Below the pieces are notes generated by a model. It was not told the DNA's origin. It ran no database searches and worked only from the letters and a program-made list of their open reading frames with translations. This document shows, one piece after another, positions 8,570 to 15,868 of a DNA stretch of 17,309 nt (positions within the stretch are counted from its first letter, which is position 1; each line of letters opens with the position of its first letter). Both the position numbers and the translations under genes were made by a program. This DNA comes from Tubiluchus corallicola (taxonomy: Eukaryota > Animalia > Priapulida), in contig JAQGDQ010002503.1 of the NCBI GenBank assembly GCA_030141605.1, positions 1 through 17,309 on the forward strand. Reading direction: 5' to 3'.

Positions 8570-8601
8570 CAAAGTTAGTTTATTAAATTAAAAATTAGCA
8601 A
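8570..8601 (-). promoter_or_regulatory. Bacteroidota-type promoter for the nnr operon
   Basis: Minus-strand TAACTTTG at 8570-8577 with TTG at 8599-8601 (21-nt spacer), about 40 nt upstream of the nnr ATG. Confidence 0.6.
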
Positions 8602-8756
8602 TTAAAAATGATGAATTGAAAAATGTGCAAAACACAATTAATCATTTCTTTTTAGCATATTCTTTGTGTCATTATTAAGAGATTTTCTATTAACCTTATT
8701 GTTGATTATTTATCATATTTGATGTTTTTGGAGCAACAAGAAGTATATGTGGTGGT

Positions 8757-9080
8757 GTGGATATTCGTCCTTTGTCTGATAGGTATACTATGCAAGAGAA
8801 ACTGGGAAAGTATGATACCTATAAAACAAGTTGGGAAGAAAATTCAGTTATTAACTTAACGCATTTACTACTTCCCAATTCTATAGAGATTTTTGACTGT
8901 GAAAGCAAAGATTTTTCTATTACGGTAAATAGAACTTTACACGAAAAGTTATTGTATATGAATATTCTTTATACTTATATGGAGCGTCCAGTAGAACATA
9001 ATGCAAATTATTGGAACAAGTCAGTAGAATATCATCTTTTGTATTTTAATAGCTTTTTAACTCACCAAAAGAATGATTAA
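8757..9080 (+). CDS. Hypothetical protein (orphan ORF, start uncertain)
   Basis: 107-aa GTG-start ORF in an otherwise empty 800-bp gap. The frame is open back to 8706. No recognisable motif. Confidence 0.4.
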   Translation: MDIRPLSDRYTMQEKLGKYDTYKTSWEENSVINLTHLLLPNSIEIFDCESKDFSITVNRTLHEKLLYMNILYTYMERPVEHNANYWNKSVEYHLLYFNSFLTHQKND

Positions 9081-9312
9081 AATGGTGCTTGTTTTTGTAA
9101 AAAGTGTTATTCTTGTCTATAAGATTGATTTTAGCTATGATTAGAATGATGCGAATTGTAGGAGAGCTGCAATTCTAATGTAAAAATGAGTAGTAAAATA
9201 AGTATCACAATTTTATGCTATCAACTTGTAGTTCATTACCAATTTAGAGTTAATATTTAGATTTATATTATTGTTTTTGTTTTTCAATAAAAAAATAAAT
9301 ACATTATTTTTC

Positions 9313-9320
9313 TATCTTTG
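9313..9320 (+). promoter_or_regulatory. -7 element TATCTTTG for the rhomboid pair
   Basis: TAnnTTTG match with a T-rich upstream flank, 29 nt before the ATG at 9350. Confidence 0.6.
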
Positions 9321-9349
9321 TGGAAATTAATTTTTATAAATAAGTCATA

Positions 9350-10147
9350 ATGTTTAGAGGGACTCCACCTGTTGTTAAGAATCTTTTAATTATCAATATT
9401 CTAGTCTTCTTCCTTGCAGGTTTGTTGAATCGCACAGGTTTAAATATGACCCAGTTGTTAGGACTTCACTTTTTTAAGTCTGAATATTTTCAACCCTACC
9501 AGTATGTAACCTATATGTTTATGCATGGTGGTATTTGGCATCTGTTGTTCAATATGTATGCTTTTTGGTTGTTTGGACGTATGCTGGAGATGGTATGGGG
9601 TGCTAAGCGTTTTTTTACATTTTTTATAGTAACGGGCGTAGGAGCTGCATTGTGTCATACAGGAGTTTTATGGTGGGAGAATGCTAAGATGGTGAGTGAT
9701 GCTACGGCATTTTTGAATACGTCTACACCTGAGCTCTTTAATGATTTTGTGAAAAACTATTTGCCAAGAGCAAGTAATGATATTGTCAATTTAACGTTTG
9801 CTTTTTTTGATAATCCTACTGATGAATATTTGATACAGAGTAGTAGATCTGTAGTAAAAGAAGTGGAGCGTGTGGTATTGAATATTCCTACGGTGGGTGC
9901 TTCGGGAGCGGTGTTTGGCATATTATTGGGGTTTGGTATGTTGTTTCCTAATACGGAGTTGATGCTATTGTTTTTTCCTATGCCAATTAAGGCAAAGTAT
10001 TTTGTGATTTTTTATGGTGCTGTGGAGTTGTTTATGGGCGTAACAAACACAACAAGTAATGTGGCTCATTTTGCTCATCTTGGGGGTATGTTGTTTGGGT
10101 TTATCCTTATTAAGTATTGGAATAAACATTCTAAGCAGTTTTATTAA
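9350..10147 (+). CDS. Rhomboid family intramembrane serine protease
   Basis: TYMFMHGGIWHLLFNM, VGASGAV (Ser), VAHFAHLGG (His) and several hydrophobic helices. Confidence 0.95.
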   Translation: MFRGTPPVVKNLLIINILVFFLAGLLNRTGLNMTQLLGLHFFKSEYFQPYQYVTYMFMHGGIWHLLFNMYAFWLFGRMLEMVWGAKRFFTFFIVTGVGAALCHTGVLWWENAKMVSDATAFLNTSTPELFNDFVKNYLPRASNDIVNLTFAFFDNPTDEYLIQSSRSVVKEVERVVLNIPTVGASGAVFGILLGFGMLFPNTELMLLFFPMPIKAKYFVIFYGAVELFMGVTNTTSNVAHFAHLGGMLFGFILIKYWNKHSKQFY

Positions 10148-10199
10148 GGAATAATGATGTGATATTTTTTATTTCGTTCCCATTAAAAAAAGGAATAGG

Positions 10200-11066
10200 A
10201 TGAGTATAGTAGATGAAATAAGAGATTCTTATAAAGGTAGTTCTGTACTAATAAAGGTTATTTATGTCAATGTAGGGGTTTTTTTGGCTATTAACATCTT
10301 TGAGACATTTTTTTGGCTAATGGGTGTTGAGAGCCGTTTTTCATTAATGAAATGGTTGGCTGTACCTTCAGACTTGAGTACGTTGTGGTATAAACCTTGG
10401 ACATTGGTTACGTACATGTTTTTGCACGAACAATTTTTTCATATACTATTTAATATGTTGTGGTTGTTCTGGTTTGGGCGTATTTTTTTGATGTATATTG
10501 AGCCAAAACGTTTTTTAAGTTTGTATTTTTTTGGAGGCCTGTCAGGAGCTGTATTATTTATATTGTCATTCAATTTCTTTCCCAGTTTTGAACAATATGC
10601 AAGTGAAGCTTATGCTTTGGGAGCGTCGGCATCAGTATTAGCCATAGTGATTGCTACTGCAACACATACGCCTAACTTTGCAGTCAATTTATTGTTTATA
10701 GGCAATGTTAAAATTAAATATATTGCTCTTATTTCTATTGTGCTGGATATGATAAATATCAAGTCAGGTAATGCGGGTGGCCATATTGCACATTTAGGGG
10801 GGGCATTGTACGGCTATTTTTATATGAGGAGTTATCATAGGGGAAAGGTATGGGGAAAGTGGTTAGAAGTGCTATTTAGTATTTTTACTGCAAAACGAAA
10901 GATGAAAGTGACTTATAAAAAAACAAAAACAGATATGGAATACAATGCTGACAAGGTAAAAAAACAGGAGGAGGTCAATAAGGTCTTAGAAAAAATATCT
11001 CGCTCAGGTTATGATAGCTTGACTAAAGAAGAAAAAGAAATACTTTTTAATATGGAGGATGAGTAG
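10200..11066 (+). CDS. Rhomboid family intramembrane serine protease with C-terminal DUF6576-like domain
   Basis: PWTLVTYMFLH, HILFNM, LGASA (Ser), HIAHLGG (His) and the C-terminal tail VLEKISRSGYDSLTKEEKEILF. Confidence 0.93.
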   Translation: MSIVDEIRDSYKGSSVLIKVIYVNVGVFLAINIFETFFWLMGVESRFSLMKWLAVPSDLSTLWYKPWTLVTYMFLHEQFFHILFNMLWLFWFGRIFLMYIEPKRFLSLYFFGGLSGAVLFILSFNFFPSFEQYASEAYALGASASVLAIVIATATHTPNFAVNLLFIGNVKIKYIALISIVLDMINIKSGNAGGHIAHLGGALYGYFYMRSYHRGKVWGKWLEVLFSIFTAKRKMKVTYKKTKTDMEYNADKVKKQEEVNKVLEKISRSGYDSLTKEEKEILFNMEDE

Positions 11067-11091
11067 GTAAGTACAAGAAAATCTAAAGTTT

Positions 11092-12627
11092 TTAAAAATT
11101 ACTTTCTTTTCTTTGAAGAAAAAGTATGGATACAAGGAAGATACTGAAATAGATTGCCCATACACTCCACTGGTTGAGTGAGAAGTTGAGGATGGAGAAG
11201 GGTAGGGTACTTATCTTGTGAGTGGTGTAGTTGAGAAACTGAGTGGCGTGGTTTAATAATATGGCGATAAATGAGGCTATGGCGGGTAGATTAGAAAAAG
11301 CAAAAAGGGCAAGGGTAGTAGTGAGTAGTGTAAATGCAAGAGGAATGATAATGAAATTGGCAAATAGGGAATAAGAGGGGAACTCTTGGAAATGATGAAT
11401 AATAAGAGGTGTTGTGCCTATTTGTGCAGTGGTGGTTATTGCAGTAAGTTGCCATATTTTTTTCAGGAGAAAATTTTTTGGCTGGTATAGATTGGATAAT
11501 TTGGGATAGAAGTAAACGATGCTTAGTATGGCAAGATAGGAAAGCTGAAAGCTAAGTTGTGTGATGCTATGTGGGGTGATAAATATTTGTAGAAAAGCTG
11601 CTGCGGAAAGGGTGTTGTAGATATTGGTACTCCTTCTTAGGTTTTTTCCAATAATAATGCAGGAAAACATTATGCTGGCTCGTTGCACACTAGGTGAGAA
11701 AGCTGTGAGGTAGGCAAATGACCAAATGGAAAATAGCAGGATGATTATTTTAAGAAAACTGCCGTATCTTACTTGGTGTATATACGAGCGATTGAGTATT
11801 TGGCTGATAATGAGGTAGATGATACCTACATGTAGTCCAGATACTGCCAATATATGCATTGCTCCTGAACGAGAGAAATTTTGTTTGATGTCTTTGTTTA
11901 AATATTGTTTAGCTCCTAAGGTGAGTGCAGATAGTACTGCATATTGTTCATTGTGTATACCATATTGTTGCAAGGTATTGAGAAAATATTTTCGGGTGTT
12001 AAAAGTTTTGGTTCTTAATTTCCATCTGTTGGTTCTTATGTAGGCTTGGTGTGTGATACCTTGTCGTTTCATATAAGATGCATAGTCAAATGTAGGTGGG
12101 TTACCGTAATTTTTTATTGGAGCAAGTTTAATGTTGGCTATGATTTGATCATTTTCGTTGAGTTGCTGGCTTAGGCTGTCTTTGGTAATGTAAATTTGTA
12201 TTTTATCGTAGCATTTGTGCCAAGTTTTGTTTTTTTTATAAGCAGTGGCTATAGCAGTAGTTTTTATTGTTTTTGAGGTGGGGGTAGGTAGGCTTTGAAG
12301 AGTGAGAAATGCTGATGTGTAGCCTATTCCTTTTGGTATTTTTGTGTATTTTGTTTGATGGATGTATGTGTTAGTAATACCTATGAGTATGAGTAGTAGG
12401 TAAGCATAAACCCCAAATAACCAGCGTATTGAATAGTTTGGCTGTGGTTTTTTGCGTAAATGTAAGGCTATGTATACGATGAGTAGTACTACTAAAACAT
12501 AAAGTAAATAGGTATTGAAAATGGGGAAGTATATTTGTAGTAGTGTTCCTGTTATGAAAGGTAGAAGTAAACGAAAAAATGGAGCTTGTTGGTATGGAAA
12601 AACTGTGTTTAGGTAATTAAGGCTCAA
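11092..12627 (-). CDS. comEC: ComEC/Rec2 family competence protein (DUF4131/OB plus Competence domain; start uncertain)
   Basis: FDYASY, SGAMHILAVSGLHVG, SPSVQRA, SFQLSY, AQIGTTP and ANFIIIP. TTG start. Confidence 0.92.
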   Translation of the reverse strand: MSLNYLNTVFPYQQAPFFRLLLPFITGTLLQIYFPIFNTYLLYVLVVLLIVYIALHLRKKPQPNYSIRWLFGVYAYLLLILIGITNTYIHQTKYTKIPKGIGYTSAFLTLQSLPTPTSKTIKTTAIATAYKKNKTWHKCYDKIQIYITKDSLSQQLNENDQIIANIKLAPIKNYGNPPTFDYASYMKRQGITHQAYIRTNRWKLRTKTFNTRKYFLNTLQQYGIHNEQYAVLSALTLGAKQYLNKDIKQNFSRSGAMHILAVSGLHVGIIYLIISQILNRSYIHQVRYGSFLKIIILLFSIWSFAYLTAFSPSVQRASIMFSCIIIGKNLRRSTNIYNTLSAAAFLQIFITPHSITQLSFQLSYLAILSIVYFYPKLSNLYQPKNFLLKKIWQLTAITTTAQIGTTPLIIHHFQEFPSYSLFANFIIIPLAFTLLTTTLALFAFSNLPAIASFIAILLNHATQFLNYTTHKISTLPFSILNFSLNQWSVWAIYFSIFLVSILFLQRKESNF

Positions 12628-12683
12628 CTTACATTAGTTATTTAACAATCGTATGTTCTATGTGGAGTAGGTTTTTACACATA

Positions 12684-12714
12684 CAAATGTATAGTAAAAA
12701 GGTTGTTATTCCAA
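12684..12714 (-). promoter_or_regulatory. Candidate comEC promoter overlapping the upstream terminator
   Basis: Minus-strand TACATTTG at 12684-12691 and TTG at 12712-12714 (20-nt spacer). Confidence 0.5.
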
Positions 12715-12735
12715 GAGAAAATAACAACCTTTTTA
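12695..12735 (-). terminator. Intrinsic terminator downstream of the OmpA-family gene, potentially bidirectional
   Basis: Perfect 16-bp inverted repeat taaaaaggttgttatt / aataacaaccttttta with a 9-nt loop, 27 nt after the stop codon. Confidence 0.85.
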
Positions 12736-12762
12736 TAACTACTTTGGTTTTATATGATTTTA

Positions 12763-14073
12763 TTAATATGTACTGCTTATTTCTTCTTTTATTATAAAGT
12801 CTACTCGTCTGTTTACCACGTGTGTTTCTTTGTTGTACTCTTTTTTTGATTTTAGCAAAGGAAGTCTTTCTCCTGCTGCTATGCTACTTATCCTTTCTGA
12901 TTCTATGTTGAAGTCTTCTACAAGAACTTGCTTAACAGCTTCGCACCTTTCCATTGATAAAGCATAGTTGTAGTCCTCATTTCCTTTTTCATCGCAGTAG
13001 CCAATTAGCTGCACATCTGCATTTTTATTGTTAAGTAGCTTAGCTGCTACTTTAGCAATGGTTTGCATATCTTCCATATCTACATTTGCTTGGTCAAATT
13101 TGAAAAATACTGATGTAGATAGTGGGGTAATTATTTGTGTATTTTCTATTATTACTGTATCTGAGTGTCTTTCTACTACTACTGTATCTGAGTATTTTTC
13201 TACTACTGTGTTTGAGTGTTTTTCTACTATTGGTGTCGAATATCTTCTATGTGTCCACCTTATATGTCGTTTATCTTTTTTACCTATTTTGTAGCTAAGA
13301 CTGAGCATCATAGTCATATACGAATCGTTGTCTGCACCAGTTAAACTTAAATCTAGATTGTCAGCACTTAAATTATGGAGCATCAGTTCAAAACCTACAT
13401 CAAAGCTTCTATTTATTCTATATTTTATTCCTGTGCCAAGAGAGAGAGCTATTTCTGATTCTCTTTGTTTTTTTTCTGTGCCATCTGCAGAATAACCTTG
13501 TGGCCCTGTCATTATTAATGCTCTATCTGTGATTTCTTCTAATCTTGTGATAATGTCTCCTTCTTGATATTGCTCTCCTGTTAATGGATTAGTGAAAGCA
13601 GTATTAGCGTAGGCTAAACTTCTGAAAAATACACCTCCAAGTCCTGCTTTTATATAAAGATCCCACCTATCCCCCATTGGCCTTCTGCCTATTGCTTGAT
13701 TAAGACTAAGCACAAGTCCAAGATAGCCTTGTAGATAGTCTGCTTCGAAGTGTCGTATGCTTTTACTCCCATATAAATGACCTCGTATGAATGAACCATC
13801 TAATGATAGGACTGGTGAAAAGTGTTTACTCAATGTAAATTCATAGCCATACCTTCTGCTGCTTCTGGGAAATAAAGTGTAATCTACTACGTCTCCATAG
13901 AAAACACTTAATCCAGCACCTGCTGTAAATGCCCAAGTGTTATACTTTTTTTCAGGAAGGTATATTTTGTTTTCTTCTTCTTTTATTTTTTGACCTAAAA
14001 GATTAGGGGATAAAAGAATAATAACGCCTATTATTACTACTATTTTTACTATAAGGTGATTCTTGTTTCTCAT
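12763..14073 (-). CDS. OmpA family outer membrane protein (beta-barrel plus peptidoglycan-binding domain)
   Basis: Signal peptide and alternating beta-strand segments ending in LSLSYKIG. The C-terminal domain has VFFKFDQA, LIGYCD.KG..YN..LS..R and NRRVDF. Confidence 0.92.
   Translation of the reverse strand: MRNKNHLIVKIVVIIGVIILLSPNLLGQKIKEEENKIYLPEKKYNTWAFTAGAGLSVFYGDVVDYTLFPRSSRRYGYEFTLSKHFSPVLSLDGSFIRGHLYGSKSIRHFEADYLQGYLGLVLSLNQAIGRRPMGDRWDLYIKAGLGGVFFRSLAYANTAFTNPLTGEQYQEGDIITRLEEITDRALIMTGPQGYSADGTEKKQRESEIALSLGTGIKYRINRSFDVGFELMLHNLSADNLDLSLTGADNDSYMTMMLSLSYKIGKKDKRHIRWTHRRYSTPIVEKHSNTVVEKYSDTVVVERHSDTVIIENTQIITPLSTSVFFKFDQANVDMEDMQTIAKVAAKLLNNKNADVQLIGYCDEKGNEDYNYALSMERCEAVKQVLVEDFNIESERISSIAAGERLPLLKSKKEYNKETHVVNRRVDFIIKEEISSTY
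13142..13228. repeat. In-frame 24/27-bp tandem repeat encoding the OmpA linker
   Basis: Units at 13154-13180, 13181-13204 and 13205-13228 plus a partial copy. The protein reads VEKHSNTV-VEKYSDTV-VVERHSDTV-IIEN. Confidence 0.9.
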
Positions 14074-14220
14074 AGCTTATTTTAATTAGTTTAGACTTTG
14101 ATAATAATTAATAATAGTAGTATAACGTAGATGTATGCGTTCAATTAATGAAAAAAATATAAAGAATGTTATAATATGTTATATGCAAGATATTGCTAAT
14201 GGTCTTATGTTTTTTTTTAC

Positions 14221-15129
14221 TTACTTTGTTCCTATCTCATCTTCTATGAATTTTAGGATTTTTTTTTCATCGTTAGGATGAAACCAATGAATGTTGGGAT
14301 TGCGGTTGAACCACGTCATTTGTCGTTTGGCATACCGGCGTGAATTTCTCTTAATGAGTTCTATGGCTTTTTCTATGCTAATTGTTCCGTCGAAATGTTG
14401 AAATAGCTCTTTATAGCCTACAGTGTTAAGAGCGTTGAGATGTCTGTATGGGTAAAGCTGTTGAGCTTCTTCTACAAGTCCTTGTTTTATCATTTTTTCC
14501 ACGCGACGCTCTATATTTTGATAAAGCTCTTGCCTATCTTGTTGTAATCCTATTGTAACGACGTGAAAATTTCTTTTTTTTGATTGTTGAGTTCTGAATG
14601 TGGTATAAGGTTTTCCTGTTTGGAGATATATTTCTAAGGCGTGTAAAATTCTTTTAGGGTTATTTATATCTATTATTTTATAGTATTTAGGGTCAACTTG
14701 TTTTAGTTGTTGGGCTATATACGTTAGTCCATTTTCTTTATAGGTTTTCTTGAGTTGTTGTCGTATATCAGGTTTTATAGTTGGCATATCATCTATACCT
14801 TTGACTACAGCATCTATATACATTCCTGAACCTCCTGCAAGCAAGGCTGTGTGTGAGGTTTTATATATTTTTTGTAATGTTTGTAAGGCTTGTTGCTCAA
14901 AAAGATAAGCATTGTAATAGTCGTGTATAGACAATTGTTGTATGAAATGATGCTTAACAGTTGCAAGCTGGGATGAAGTAGGGGGGGCTGTGCCTATTTT
15001 TAATTCTTTATAGAATTGTCGCGAGTCGCAAGAGAGTATTTCAGTTTTTAATGTTTGTGCTAGTTTTATGCTTAGGGCTGTTTTGCCTATAGCAGTGGGC
15101 CCAAGTAGGATGATTAGCGATTTTCTCAA
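14221..15129 (-). CDS. miaA: tRNA (adenosine(37)-N6)-dimethylallyltransferase MiaA
   Basis: GPTAIGKT, DSRQFY, IGTA, GGSGMY, TVGYKE and RRYAKRQMTWF. TTG start. Confidence 0.97.
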   Translation of the reverse strand: MRKSLIILLGPTAIGKTALSIKLAQTLKTEILSCDSRQFYKELKIGTAPPTSSQLATVKHHFIQQLSIHDYYNAYLFEQQALQTLQKIYKTSHTALLAGGSGMYIDAVVKGIDDMPTIKPDIRQQLKKTYKENGLTYIAQQLKQVDPKYYKIIDINNPKRILHALEIYLQTGKPYTTFRTQQSKKRNFHVVTIGLQQDRQELYQNIERRVEKMIKQGLVEEAQQLYPYRHLNALNTVGYKELFQHFDGTISIEKAIELIKRNSRRYAKRQMTWFNRNPNIHWFHPNDEKKILKFIEDEIGTK

Positions 15130-15147
15130 TGGTGTGTGATAATGTTA

Positions 15148-15183
15148 TAAAACAACAAAAGCCCTTCTAAAAAAGGCTTTTGT
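15148..15183 (-). terminator. Intrinsic terminator after rplS
   Basis: acaaaagcc (15155-15163) pairs with ggcttttgt (15175-15183). The minus-strand RNA stem extends by G-U pairs and is followed by UUUUGUUGUUUU. Confidence 0.7.
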
Positions 15184-15208
15184 GCTGTCTCTATTATTAG
15201 CAAAAGTA

Positions 15209-15559
15209 CTAAGATCTTTTACTTTTTATTCTTGCTTTTTTACCAGTTAATCCTCTTAAATAGTATATCCTTGCTCTGCGAACTACTCCTTGTTTATTAA
15301 CTTCTATTTTGTCGATGAGAGGAGAGGTAGTAGGAAATATTCTTTCTACAGAATAATTCCCTGTCATTTTTCTTACAGTGAACATTTTAGTAGTATTTGC
15401 TCCTTTTACTTGTATTACTACTCCTCTAAATTGCTGAATTCGTTCTTTATCACCTTCTTTTATTTTGTAATGCACAGTTATCGTGTCTCCACTTTTAAAA
15501 GTAGGGTGTTCTTTTTTTTCTACTTCTAATGATTGCTCTGCTACTTTTATTAAATTCAT
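15209..15559 (-). CDS. rplS: 50S ribosomal protein L19
   Basis: [34 protein letters not shown] and [10 protein letters not shown]. Confidence 0.98.
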   Translation of the reverse strand: MNLIKVAEQSLEVEKKEHPTFKSGDTITVHYKIKEGDKERIQQFRGVVIQVKGANTTKMFTVRKMTGNYSVERIFPTTSPLIDKIEVNKQGVVRRARIYYLRGLTGKKARIKSKRS

Positions 15560-15615
15560 TTTCTTTTAATCTCCTTTTTATAATAAATCAAAAACAGGGT
15601 ATAGCTAAATTAAGG

Positions 15616-15625
15616 TGCAAAGATA
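15616..15625 (-). promoter_or_regulatory. -7 element TATCTTTGCA for rplS
   Basis: Extended Bacteroidota consensus about 57 nt upstream of the rplS ATG. Confidence 0.75.
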
Positions 15626-15811
15626 AGTAAAAAAATGTAAAATGAAAATTTTATAATTTTTGTTTTAAGTAGTATTTTATGAAAAGTTTTCTAAGAATAT
15701 TGCTTTATTGCTTGATTTTTAACTGAATGCTTTTTTGTGTAAGAGAAATATATTATTATTTAAATTCCTATTTTTTATTAAAATATAATGAGTGTTGAAG
15801 TATAATTTTTT

Positions 15812-15819
15812 TACTTTTG
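15812..15819 (+). promoter_or_regulatory. -7 element TACTTTTG for lpxC-fabZ
   Basis: TAnnTTTG match preceded by a T run, 49 nt before the ATG at 15869. Confidence 0.5.
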
Positions 15820-15868
15820 TAATTTTCTTTGTAGAATAAATTTTAAAATAAACAAGCTGAGGAATAAG

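Noticed and set aside
1-9080. Alternative genetic code or TGA readthrough suggested by TGA at 65-67 and 8703-8705
   Set aside because: All long conserved genes translate cleanly with the standard bacterial code, and the residues around TGA 65 are out of frame, so indels explain it better.
13142-13228. Repeats as a CRISPR array
   Set aside because: The units are contiguous, in-frame and coding, with no spacers and no cas genes.
14160-14190. Direct repeat atgttata x2 upstream of the OmpA-family gene
   Set aside because: Too short and AT-rich to distinguish from chance without comparative data.
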